Source: Octopus vulgaris (Eukaryota). Taken from it: a DNA stretch of 64,000 nucleotides. Below are positions 13,371 through 26,049 of the stretch, piece after piece; position 1 is the stretch's first letter, and every line of letters begins with the position of its first letter. The position numbers were made by a program, and so were the translations under genes. The notes below the pieces were generated by a model. That model did no database searches and was not told where the DNA came from. It saw nothing but the letters and a program-made list of their open reading frames with translations. Location of the stretch: the NCBI GenBank assembly GCA_951406725.2, contig OX597816.1, positions 113,212,001-113,276,000 of the forward strand, given 5' to 3'.

Positions 13371-16300
13371 TATGTATATGTTGTCTCATAACTTTTTTAT
13401 ATACTGGATTGATTTGTCTGGTGTATCTCTTCCTCATTTCAGATGATAGGATTGACTTGAGGGAAATTTAGCTGCTGTTTTTTGGCAAAACCACTTAGAG
13501 GCTTTCTCTTGTTGGCTTCAAATAAACTTGGTTGTTGTTTTTGTTTAACCTCAAATCAGATCCTGGTTGAATTAACCCATAAAAAGCATTACAGAGATTT
13601 AAGCTATGAACCAAATTTACTAGTTAAGTTCCAGTTCTTCTAGTTCAATATTAATAAAAATGGGATTCTTTAATTCAGTACATTATGTTGACTTAAAAAT
13701 TAATGAAAAAGTTTAAATTGTAAATTCATAGTTTAAGATTGATTACTGCTTACTACATATATTAGTCTCACTCTTCACTAAGACAATTATGCTTTTTAGA
13801 AAATAAATTGTAAAAACATCATTTTTATTAAAGCATCAAAACTAGAATGCTAAATATTTAACTATCATTTTAGATTGATCTAAGAAGTTGTTAAGAGTTT
13901 TGGTTACAAATATAGTCATGCTTACAGTGCAATCATTATAGATATTGTAGTTGTACAACTACTCTATCATACCTCTTCTGCTTATATCTCTCTGAGATAT
14001 TTAGAAATGTAATATTCCTATTATAGATATTATTTAGTGGAATATTTAAATATGGAAAAAATAACTTGAATTATTAAATCAATAACTTTTAAATTAGATT
14101 ATTGATTTGATCTACATGTCCAACTTCTTAAATTAGGATTATCATTTCTCTCACTACAAAATTATTTCAACAATTATTTACTTTCAGATATAGTGTGTCC
14201 AGTCATGGTCAAAACTATTTTTGTAAGTTGCAACACTGTAGTGTTGCAAGTTACATCAATAAATAGCTTTGAAATCCCACTATAACTTTATGAACATGCT
14301 GTATTTCTTTCTTTTAAAATGGACTACTAGAACTGAAGTCGTTCCTGATGAAACCCATCAATGGCCAGCAAATAGCTTCTTTAAGTGTTGTTTTAATGTC
14401 AATTTAAATAAGAATAAAAACTTCATTCTTGACAATAACATACTTTCAAAAATCTTTTTATCCATACTTACTTTAACTTGAAGTAATTCTTATCTATCAA
14501 ATAATTTTCAAACAATATCTTGAATATAATGCCACACTTAGTTTGACATTTTATATACTGCAGCTTCAAACCCGCTAGTGTTTTTCCTTTATTTTTTTAT
14601 TTAGTTTTCAACTAATTGTTTAAGTAAATGCTCTGGCTGTTTCAATACTCCATTTTATGGAATACCTATGTTAAAAATCATTTTCTTTTTTTACTCTTAC
14701 TGTTATTGTTCAACCAAAAAGTCATGTGTATTTATCTATTGAACCTTTGGCTTTAATATTTACTTTTTAGTATTCTAAGCTCTTATAAGTTACTATTGAT
14801 TGAGTGACATATCTTTTGTCAATACAGTATTTAATCTTTTATTTATTTATTTTTGTTGTATTCACTATAATTCAGATACAACTTTCGATTTTGTAAAGAA
14901 TATTTTAAAATTCAATATTTACAAAAGAATATATACTTTTATAGTTGAACTTACGTGTAGAGGGGCTTCTAGTTATTAATTAGTTAAGGAGAGAAAGTAA
15001 TGAAGAATATTTCCAACTACTCTAAGCATGACTTATGATATTATCTTCTCCTCCCCCACCTCTCTCACAATTGCTTTTCAAAAATACTTTTATTGATTTT
15101 GTTCCTTCGTTGAATCTTGCTGAACAATTTTAGTTCAAATTTTGGATACTACTCAGAATCAATCAAGTGATTGTTAAGCGGAATGAATATTTCTAACTTC
15201 ACTGGTTGAACAATTATAAATTGCAAGACTTCTTCTTTCAAACTCCTCTATCCATACTATTTGATAGAACTACTGCAATAGATTATCAGATATCAGATAG
15301 GATTGGCTGATGAACTGAAAATCAAATATAGCCTGTATTCCAGCTTCCATCACTGTCATGTTTGCCAAAACATAGTATTTCATTCAAATATAATATTGTA
15401 TTCAGACTTGTTGTTGTTGTTCTTGTCCTCTTTTCTTCTTGCTTTCTACTCCACAGTTTATCAATGTGCTTATATTGCATCATTGGTTTAGTATGAAAGA
15501 ATTCTCCAATTTTTCTGGAGCTGGCATAATTTCAGCTCATTCATATTTTAGTGTGTTGGTTAGTCAAATATTCTTTGTTGGCTAGTTAGGTTATGTCAAA
15601 AACAGTGACCACATAGAAATTTGAGTTTTCAAATATTTTGATAATCCTCTTCATTTATATTTACAAGACTACACCCAATAAATTAATGGAATAACATTTA
15701 GGAACTTCTATGATACAATTTACTGGATAATAATATGAAAGTAGTGCAAAGAATTTAAATCACTTCATATAGTGCTTTACTCAATACTACAATTTAAGTT
15801 TGGTTCTTTTTGTTGAGCACAAGAGCTGAGAAAGACTAATTCACTATTATCTAAAAATAACATAGATACTCCTAGATGTCTAGGGGGTTTTGGCTTGAGA
15901 TTGAATTTGCCATCTTTTAAGAGACTGAATTTGCCAGCAGTAAACCACTTTTCTAGAATCTTCAGCTGACCTGTTTGACAGACAAACTTGCACTCATCCT
16001 TTAAAGTTTACCATGTCAATCATTATAAGTCAGCCAATGCTGACTGGTCAAGGTGTGTTCATATAGGTGTCATATGAAAATACATTGTTGTGATTCTGAA
16101 CTGCAAAAATCTGAGAACCATGGTTCAAAACTCAGCAGGCACCTTGCTACAATATAAATGATTTTGTGACTTTGTTTCTAATATTATTTGTAATCTCCAG
16201 TCCTATTAATATATTTCTAGTGGTTTTCTTACAAGACCAAATACTAAAAACGGGGGCTATTGTGAGAACAACTTATATAGGAATATATATCTCTTGTGTA

Positions 16301-16382
16301 TTTATTACACATGGTGCTGCTTGTTTTATAATTAGTATTAGTGGCAAAGCAGAGATGTGGTCAGTTTAGAAAGCCTTGACAA

Positions 16383-16430
<48 letters not shown>

Positions 16431-17964
16431 TGCATACATACACACACACACATATATATGGACATATTTTGTTGAATAGCTTTTTTTTAGTGACCTACAT
16501 TTTCCAGTGCCTTTCAGTTCATTGTAGTAATCATTCTTACAAGTAGATGCCCACTTACTACAAGTAAATAGTTCAACCATGAAGAGCAGAACCTGTTTTT
16601 TTTTTAGTCAAAAATAAATAAATATAATAAAACAAAAATAAGAACGAAAGCAGAGTTAGGTAAATTGCTCCAAGACACAATACAGAATTCATGACCAAGT
16701 ATCAGTAATCCAACTCCTTAATATTACAGCCATTACTATGAATAAGCTGTAACATCCAATTATTTTCTCTCCACTGTTTCTAAAATCAACTCTCTTGATA
16801 ATAGCTCTGGTAGCTTTTATAGAAACCATTCCCTAATACCTGCAGAATATTATCATTGAAAATTTAGAACTTAATAACAAATTGTTACTTAGAATTTTAA
16901 AATATATATATGTGTAATTTTTTGATTACTTGTAATAATAACATTTATTCATAATTTTTCATTATATAAAAATGATAAATAAAAATGCAAATAAAGATAA
17001 CCATTCTCTGCTCTTTAACTTTTCTTATGTAACATGCTTATGTTGTGCTCAACAAAAAGAACCAACCTTATGTTAGCGTTTTATGATTTTTTAAAAAGCT
17101 TAATGTGAGCTTCATTATTTACAAAATCTAGAATAAGTTTCTTGCTTGATTTTACCTAAATATCTGTTCAGTTTATATTTGGAAATATCACTTTCATTCA
17201 TTTTCCACTTTGTAAATTTATGCTGATAGTCTAAGAATTCCTAATTTTATTACTGAGTTTTCGCAATAATCTTTTTATCTCTGAAGGTTTTGTTTCAATT
17301 CTCCCCTTTTTGTTTCTTTCTAAAACATAGTTGGTAAAAGTGTTTATAAACATTTGAAATAACTCATAATTGCATTAACAAAGATGTTTCACTTTTTATA
17401 TAACTACTGTTGGAAACATGACATCTGTATGAGGGATATAATTAGATTCTGACATCACATATGAATTACATGTGCGATGGTGTAAATTAAAGATAATAAC
17501 AAGCAAAATCTCTCCGTTAATTTGTAGTGTACTATTTCAGTGCTATTTAATTTACTTATTGTACCATTCTTCTCAAAGAGGAATCTCTATGAAGGTCAAC
17601 GTTACACATTTTAATTTACTCCTACATTTCTTTCAAAATCTTTTCTGCTGAATCTGCTGCCTTCTGGTAGAAATTTCAATTATCTTTCCTTCTTTGAGTT
17701 TTATCTCATTATTTTATTAAATTTAATTGAATTTAAAATATTATTCATAAATACCATTTTTTCATTATACAGAGCTAGATATATCCTTTCACTATAGTAA
17801 ATATTTTTAAAAATTTGAACATTGAATTATATCAGAATGTTCATGGACTAGTTTTTGCTTTCCGTAAACAGTCAGTTTACTATAGTGACTATATTCACGC
17901 ATCATTCATAGTTATCAAATTTATTTGCAAATATGAATTATACTGAGTAGCTTATATATTGATA

Positions 17965-18163
17965 TTCATCAGCAGCATTTTAATGCCCACATGGGTCAGG
18001 CAGAATTTGTTGAGGCAGATTTTCTACAGTTAGATACCCTTGCTTTCTCCAACTCCCAACTGCTCCCAATAACATTGGAAATAAGGACACCAGTTCCAAG
18101 CCAGTGCCTCTCATTTATAACTATCACACGATGTCAAGGCAAGAAGACACCAACATGCACATT

Positions 18164-18207
<44 letters not shown>

Positions 18208-18388
18208 GAGAGAGAGACACAGACAGGCAGAAGTACATGATGCGCTTCTTTTCATCTACCTAGTCTACTCACAAGGCCTTGATCAACTTGGAACTATGGA
18301 AGAAGACACTTGCCCAAGGTGCCATGGGACTAAAACTAAAACTATGTCATTGGGAAACAAATTTTTTTACCACTTAGCCAAGCCTGTC
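17965..18388 (-). mobile_element. Family A' SINE: family A head with an RTE-like tail
   Basis: Head GAAGACACTTGCCCAAGGTGCCA as in family A, then (CA)n(GA)n, then a body and tail matching 22890-23318. Confidence 0.85.
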
Positions 18389-18944
18389 ACATAGCTTATG
18401 AAAAAAAAAGAAAGATTATTTAATTGTCATAACTAAACAATTCTTATCTACATAGCATGAATATCTAATATCTATGCTATGTAGATAACGCTTTTATCAT
18501 TAAAACAGCTTAAAATATGTTAGCCATAAAACTTTTTCTAGTTAATTTATCTTCCCTCTCGGCATGTTTTGCAATTAAACAAAATAGATACTGGATATGA
18601 TGAGAACACAAGTCTTCTGTAATAAAAGCAAATTTACCATTCATTTCATAGATTTCAGTGAAGCAACCATCCAACTGGTTATATTACTGAATCCCCACTA
18701 CACACACACACATGATCCCCCACCTTCAGGTATTCAGCAATGAATAAATTTCAGTGGAAAATATTTTGGGATAAATAATTTTTAAACAATTGAACGCCTT
18801 TATTTATATAAGTGTTAAGTTCAGAAAGAAATCAATAAAGAGAGTAAGAAAATTTTTAACTAAAAACGAAGGATGTGGGATCTTAAGAAAGATCTCCATG
18901 ATAGCCAGCTTCCATTCAATGCTTACAATAATTATGTAGTCAGT

Positions 18945-19162
18945 TAAAGCAGTAAACTGACGGAATTATTATCACACCAGATGAAATGCTTAGTGACATT
19001 TTCATTTGTCGTTATGTTCTGAGTTCAAATGCCACTGAGATCAATTTTGCCATTCATCCTTTCGGGGTCAATAAAATAAATACCAGTTGAGGAGTGGGGT
19101 TGAGATAATTGACTTACCTGCCACCCCAAACTCTCTGGTCTTGTGCCAAAACTTGAAACCAA
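18945..19162 (+). mobile_element. Family B tRNA-derived SINE
   Basis: GAAATGCTTAG head, B-box GAGTTCAAATGCC, central TTTGCCATTCATCCTTTCGGGGTCAATAAAATAAATACCAG and tail TTGTGCCAAAACTTGAAACCA. Confidence 0.88.
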
Positions 19163-19439
19163 TACTTATATAGTCAGTTAAACAAAAATAGAACATACAA
19201 ACACAGCTGAGTAAGCTGCTCCTATTAGACAATCTTCCACAAGACACAGATCAACGATGAGTTAAATAAAAATGAAATGGATAAAAGAAATAGTATGGTC
19301 CTAGGAAAATGAAACTCAAGAGTTGGAAGCCAATTACACCAAAATTAGTTTAAAAATCTGGAACAAAAATCACAAAATTTTCTATTCCTTAAGGATTAGA
19401 GCCCTTTTTTTTATTTCTTTATGGAAGACTGGAAATGAA

Positions 19440-19497
19440 AAACCTAACTTGTATGATGATAATGCTCTTTTACAATCAAGGGTACCCAAGACAAGAG

Positions 19498-19538
<41 letters not shown>

Positions 19539-19740
19539 CTGTGTATGTATCTGTTTATGTGTGTGTGTGTCTGAGTGTTATGAGCTACTTTAGTTTCTGT
19601 GTGGTAAATCCACTGATTAGTTTTTGGTTGACCCAGGGCTATAGTACAAGGTATATACCCATGATGCCATGCAGTGGGAATGAACCTAAGACCACAAAGT
19701 TGGGAAACAATCTTCTCAACTGCACAGCCATGTCTGTGTC
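19440..19740 (-). mobile_element. Family A/A' SINE, diverged
   Basis: CCAGGGCTATAGTA...TGCCATGCAGTGGGAATGAACC...CACAGCCATGTCTG head preceded by (CA)n. Confidence 0.75.
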
Positions 19741-21659
19741 TATTTATGTTGCAATAAAAATAATCAAAAAATAATCATGAAAGCATTGAATCAGAAAATA
19801 GTTCCACGTTTTTTACTTCTGTTCAGAATATTGAAAATGTCAGAATGAATGATGAAACAAAACTTGACATAACTTAATTCAAACAATATCTGATAAGTTT
19901 CAGAGATTTACAAGGATCATTAAGCATTTCTAATATTAAAGTGTTGCTTGAAAAATATAATGGAGAAATGTAGCATTTAATTTCAGCAACCATTAGCTGT
20001 TTAACATTTTGTTTTATTCAGTTCACTTTCAAATTCAAGATATTCACTGTATTTCTAGTCTCTTAAGATACAAAGTATTTACTGATCCTGAAATACTGGA
20101 AACATATTACTCAAGTATTGTTAAATTTAAAGTAAATATGGAATCTTTTATAATGGTGCTTTAAAATGGTATTAAAACCTATTCAGAGCTCCATATCTTA
20201 CCAACTCTTGCTGTAATTAACTCTTTTCCTCTGTAACCAAAAGCAAAACTTGTGGTAACTTTAGCTTTCAGCATTATATGTCAGCTCACATTTCCTCCAT
20301 TATTTTCTTTTCATTGAAAGAAAATTGCTTGTCACTAAATGTTCACTTTCTATTATACATCTAAAATGTATACTAAATAGCAAAGTTATGTTAGATTTTG
20401 AAACACATCTAAAGTACTTTATAGTACTTTTTTTACTATTTGATGCTTTTTTTTATCTTTAGAGTCTAGTTAATTCTCAAACAATAGTTTTATAAATATA
20501 TACATTAAACAAGTTTTAAATATTCTACATCCTCCTTGAGAAAAAACAGAGAGATGGTTATTGTTGATGTTGTTGTTATTACCATCATTATCCCTACCAT
20601 CATCATCAACAACAATGTAATCATTTTAATGGCCACTTATCCATTCTGCCCTCAACTACAGCAATCTTCTACAATAATGTTCAAATAAATAGTAAAATCT
20701 GTATCTATTGAATATTTAAATACTGCACTCTTGAAAACAAGTTATCTAAGGAAGAATATTTTCAGGTGGAATATCTTCCAAAGCTATGCAGTAAATTAAT
20801 TTAAACAAAAATAGTTATTAATTCTAAAATTATAAAAGAATTATAAAAAATTTTGTCAGAAAAAGTTATTGGTTTCTTACAGCTGTTGCATAAATCATAA
20901 TATGGTTCTGTAAAATTTTCTTGATATCATTTGCTGTTTCTTATCAGAAATGCTAAATGAAAATTCTCTGAAAGATTGTCACTTAAATTTCATGATGTAT
21001 ACATAAGAGACAACTATTAATTTTCAATTATTTATAAATATAAATTGAACATATTTGATTTTGATAAACTATCTTAAATGAACAAAGGTCTGATAAATCA
21101 TTCTTTAATTCTATAAGTGATTTCTCAATCACCGTCAGTTCATTGTAGCTTCTCTCCGTTTACAGTAAATAGAAATTTTCCTTTTTTTTTTTTTTCCCCT
21201 CAAATTTCTATTATCTGATTACAGATATTTCTAAATAAATGATTGTTTAAGTGTTCCTTTATTTTCCTTTTAGGAAAATTATTCCAGAGAATCAGTTGGT
21301 TCTCATTAAGAATTGAATTTAATGTGCTTTTTAATTGGTTAATTCTAGTGAATATAAAATCAATTGTTATCATTTAACTTCTGAAATAATTAGAGTATTT
21401 CAGAAGATTAGAGCTTCTGTTTAAAATCGATGATTTTGTATTTTTTATTATTGTTTTTTTTTTATTATTATTAACAACAACAACAATGATAATTATTTTC
21501 GTGGCCACTAATCCATTCTGATTTCAACTACAAGAATTTTCCATGATGATTTTTCTGATAGATAGTAAGTTTGTAAAGCAACATTGATCTCTTTTATTGA
21601 AAGTGTTCATATGTTTAAGTAGTTCTGCTTATTTAACATAATATAAAGATGCATTAATA

Positions 21660-22561
21660 TTGTGTTGAGTCAAAACTTTTGCGATATTTTCATAACTTAT
21701 TTGCTTTATTCATCAAGTTACAACAAAAGCAGCCTAGCACTCAAAGTAGAGACTATCGTGTTGCTCTGTCTGAAGCCACCTTTCTGCCAGTTCTTTGATC
21801 CCATGCTGATACCACATCTTGTCCTCTGAAATAAAATCCTTTACTGAAACTTCCACCTCTTCCTGATTAATGAAGCATTGCAAGTGCTGGAAGTAAGCCC
21901 TGGATCAGAACAAACAATAGTCCAAAAGAGCTAAGTCTGGACTAAATGCTGAGTTTGGCATCTGTTCACTTCCCTTAAGTTCCTTGAGTTTATTCCAAAT
22001 CGTTTGAATGGTATGAGGTCTTGTGCTGTCTTGCTACAGAAAAGATCATTTTCTGTTAACCAATTCAGGGTAGTTTTACCACACAAGAGCATACATCTCC
22101 TCCAGCTGTTCAGAGTACAGGTTGTCATCGATTGTTCAACCTTTCAGAATGAACTTTTAGTTATTTATCTCCTCATAATTCCACTAGACACAGAGCATCA
22201 CCGTATCTTCAAAACATTCATGTTTGACAAGTTCCAAAAGCTGGCCCTTGTTTGACCACCACTTATACACATTAGCATTGCAGAAAAAATATCTTCCTCA
22301 GATTATTACTTGTTCATATCCATAGCTCACTTACTGCACTCATTTCATCAACCAAGAGGAGGGGGAAGCTTCAGTGAAGGAGTTCTTTGCCTTGAAGGAG
22401 AAGAACTGGTATTAGTGTAGAATCAAAGAACTAACAAAAAGGTGGTTTCAGACAGTGCAACATGATGGCCTCTACTTTGAATGCTAGGCTATATTTGTTG
22501 CAACTTGATGAATAGAGCAAAGAAGTTACGAAAATATTGCAAAACTTTTGACTCAACACAA
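21660..22561. mobile_element. Mariner (Tc1/mariner) derivative made of two inverted 3' ends, flanked by TA
   Basis: Ends TA|TTGTGTTGAGTCAAAA and TTTTGACTCAACACAA|TA. Both arms encode the transposase C-terminus: ERWLQTEQHDSLYFEC* on minus and KRWFQTVQHDGLYFEC* on plus. Confidence 0.92.
21734..22285 (-). pseudogene. Mariner transposase pseudogene, catalytic-domain C-terminal part
   Basis: One frame with stops: VMLCV*WNYEE...TIDDNLYSEQLEEM...LVNRK*SFL*QDSTRPH...MPNSAFSPDLALLDYCLF*S...YQHGIKELAERW. This matches mariner VMLCVWW, QDNARPH and HPAYSPDLAPSDYxLFRS motifs. Confidence 0.92.
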
Positions 22562-22889
22562 TATCATTATACTTTGATAAACTATTAATTGGTCAGCATA
22601 TGAGAATGCAAACTTGGTCACAAGTGTAAATCTGAATGAGGTAATAATATGCCATCACACACTAGGAATGCATATTTCCCCTCCTCCACTTAGATTACTC
22701 TTACATGCTTATACATTTTCAAAATGAATGTAAACATGTGCATATATACATACACGTGTGTGTGTGCATATATACATATGCTTGTGTCTCTGAGTATTTG
22801 TGCATAAATATATATTATATGTGTATGTATAGATGGAAAGCAGACGTTAAACAAGCTATCAAGATAGATAGGGAGGTAGACAGGCATAG

Positions 22890-23318
22890 AGATATTTATG
22901 TGGTTAAGAAGGTAGCTGCCCAACCATGTACTTTTGAGTTCAATTCCACTATGTGAAACCTTGGTTGCTATAGTCCTGAGTTGACCAATGCTTTGTGAGT
23001 GAATTTAGTTGACAGAAGTTGAAAGAAGCCCATTGTGCATGTATCGGAGCGTGTGTGTGTGTGCATGTGTGTGTGTGTGCATATGTGCATGTGTGTGTGT
23101 GTGCATGTAGAGATAGTTGTATATGTGCATTACTGTCATACAAACACTGTCCTTCATTTCCAATCTTCTGTGAAAACATGTCTGGCCAGAAAGAAATATT
23201 ACATTGCAAGAAAACAGGTAAAGAATGATGACAGAATGGCATCTGGCTGTAGAAGATCTACTTCAACCAATTCCATGTGAATCATATAAGTAGACATTGT
23301 AATGATGATGATGATGAC
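22890..23318 (+). mobile_element. Family A' SINE with (ATG)n tail
   Basis: tRNA-like head (TGTGGTTAAGAAG; GAGTTCAATTCC), family A core GACCAATGCTTTGTGAGTGAATTT...GAAAGAAGCCC, (TG)n, then GGCATCTGGCTGTAGAA and GATGATGATG. Confidence 0.88.
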
Positions 23319-23814
23319 TATTGGTATTTGTGTGTTTATGAATGCATACATGTGTGTGTGTGTGTAAGTATCTAAGTATGTGTAATTACATTTATAAGTT
23401 TATACTGGTAGATGCTTATAAGTTTAACAACATCATTCTTCATTTGATATTTTCATATTCCTTCCTGTTTTCATACCGTATTCTTTGTAGACTTATAAAA
23501 TGTGTTTAATCAATATAGTAGAAACCTAATTTCTACACATTAACCTCAGTACAGAAGAAATGTTCTAACATATCTTACATTTTATACAAAGCAAAAAGAA
23601 AGAAGATGATATAGGAAAAACATAAATATATAAATAAAAAGAAAGACAGTTGGGGGGAAGTAAACAAAAAAAAATAATCTAAACGAAATAATAGCCAGTG
23701 GCTGATTTCATGGGTTCAAATGCAATTTATTTGTTTCTAAGCTCATCAGAGGATATATATATGTGTGTGTGTGTGTGTATATATCCCTCTCTTTCTCTCT
23801 TGGAAAGGCACAAG

Positions 23815-23974
23815 CACCTTCACACACGGCAGTAACTTCCACCTACCAAATTCAATCACAAAGCTTCGGTCAGCCCAGGGCTGTAGCAGAAGACACTTGC
23901 CCAAAGTGCCACGCAGTGGGACTGAACCCAAAACCATATAGCCGGGAAGCAAGCTTCCTAACCACACAGCCATG
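23815..23974 (-). mobile_element. Family A SINE head
   Basis: GAAGACACTTGCCCAAAGTGCCACGCAGTGGGACTGAACCC...CCACACAGCCAT. Confidence 0.9.
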
Positions 23975-25107
23975 TATGTATATATATATATATATATATA
24001 TAGGAGATGGTAGGGGTTCACTCCCCTGCTCGAAATTTTATTGGATGCAGTTGTGCATCGTTAACCCGCTAGAGGAGATGTCTTCTAGGGGTTAAAAAAT
24101 TGCAGTAGATTCCACTTGAATGGTCAGCCATGTTAAAGTGGCTACATATATTACTTACATATATATAATAACAAAGAAAAGAAAATCCTAACCTTATTAC
24201 AACTGGCTATCAAGATATTTTCAAACAGTTCTGATGGTGACAGTTTATAGTTGTGTGATGAAAATTTTGATACCTAATGAAATAAATTCAAGTTTGAAAT
24301 GAATTTAACAGTTTTGTGCATTATAAAATTGGCTAGAATGGCTCTTCATTGATGTAGTTGTGTTAGTTTCAGCATATAGTCTCAAATCAAGTCACACGTG
24401 AAACAAGAAATATTGATCCTTAATCTAAAAGTAATATTATACAACTATTTTTAGAAAATACTTTGACAGAATGATAAGAATGATTCAATTTTATTTTTCA
24501 GGCTAATTTACCCCCTTATACTAGAGAAAACACATTCACAACTATCCCAGAGATTTTCTTTTTTAGCCTTCCAAATGGTATTTCCTGAAGAATGTTTTCC
24601 AATGTCTAAAAATAACTAAATATCTGTTGATTCAAGCATTATAAAAACTGTTTAAAGCTATTGAACCAGCTACCTCTGTTTTGGCTTCTTATTTGCATGT
24701 TGTTCTTTCTCAGAGGCTAGTAATTAAACAGCTGGTGAAAATATGTAGACACTTCACTGAGCTGAAAACTGATTATCTTTCTAGTTTTTATTGTTCCTAG
24801 CTAAGTTAATAGCTATACTTTGGTCATGTTATTATCCCCTCCCCGCTATTTACTTCTGGTTCTTTAACTTTTTTGATACAGTCCTGTTCATATAAACAGC
24901 AATGTATTCATTCCTTATCAGTGTGCATAGAGTAAAATAAAGACAAACAACACATAGGCTATGTTTTATACCTTAATCAACTGTAAAATGTGGAAGAGTA
25001 AGCAAATGTTCACATTATAGTCCCCTCTACTTATGAAGCAATGTAAACACTGAAATACTTGTCACATGTAATAAGTTATTCTCTTTTTATTATTATTATT
25101 ATTATTA

Positions 25108-25322
25108 AGGTGACACACTGGTAGACTCGCTAGCACACTGAGCAAAATATTTAGCAATATTTCATCTGTTTTTACATTCCGAGTTCAAATTCTGCTGAGG
25201 TCAATTATTCCTTTCACCCTTTCAAAGTGAAAGGCATAGTCTAGTTGAGCAGTTGAGTCAATGCGACTGACTTAAACCCCAACTCCAAAATTCCTGGCTT
25301 TGTGCCAAAATGTGAAGCCATT
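25108..25322 (+). mobile_element. Family B SINE
   Basis: GAGTTCAAATTCTGCTGAGGTCAA...CCTTTCACCCTTTC...TTGTGCCAAAATGTGAAGCCA, embedded in (ATT)n. Confidence 0.85.
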
Positions 25323-25355
25323 ATTATTATTACTACTAATAATAATAATACTAAT

Positions 25356-25663
25356 GTGAAGGCACATGGCTTAGTGGTTAGGGTGTTGCACTCACGATCT
25401 AGCAATCATGATTTCAGTTCCTAGACCAGATGGTATGTTGTGTCCTTGAGCAAAACACTTTATCTCACATTGCTATGCAATCACATTGATGCCTGATGTG
25501 TAGCACACTGTGCACCTGTTCAGACAATGTCAATTTGATGGAGGGAGGGAGGGAGCTAATGTGCAGCATGAACATTTGGTCACTATACACAAATCAATTG
25601 TGTAAGTCGTTCTGCAAAAGCTGAATGCTTATACACTGTCTTCAACAGGGGACTCCATCACTG
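25356..25663 (+). mobile_element. Family E tRNA-derived SINE, single copy in this window
   Basis: A-box TGGCTTAGTGGTTAG, B-box-like GATTTCAGTTCC, then the CORE/V-type linker TTGTGTCCTTGAGCAAAACACTTTATCTCACATTGCT. Confidence 0.75.
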
Positions 25664-25724
25664 ATAATATTATTATTATTACTATGGCTTTTACTACTAC
25701 TACTACTACTATTACATTATTATT

Positions 25725-25895
25725 AAAGTAGTAAGCTAAAGTATTGGCACGTCAGACAAAATGTTAGCAGTATTTCATCATCTTTACATTCTGAGTTCAA
25801 ATTTCACCAGGGTTGATTTATTTTTCAGTAACATAAGTATCAGTGAGCACTGGGGTCAATGTAATTAAATAGGCCCTGTGCCTTTTACAGGAAGA
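25725..25895 (+). mobile_element. Family B SINE, diverged
   Basis: TTTACATTCTGAGTTCAAATTTCACCAGGGTTGA...GAGCACTGGGGTCAATGTAATT. Confidence 0.8.
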
Positions 25896-25919
25896 ATGAT
25901 GATGATGATTATGATTATA

Positions 25920-25952
<33 letters not shown>

Positions 25953-26049
25953 GACCCTTGTAATGTGAAGACATTGTTTTCCTTCTCTCTTCAAGACTTG
26001 ATTTATTCAAATTTTCTTTAGAGTACTTGTAAAAACAAAAAAAAAAAAA

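Noticed and set aside
14340-23752. CTGATGA hammerhead-core matches (about 14345 +, 15308 +, 23743 -)
   Set aside because: None has a pairable stem II before GAAA or the required stem III and cleavage triplet.
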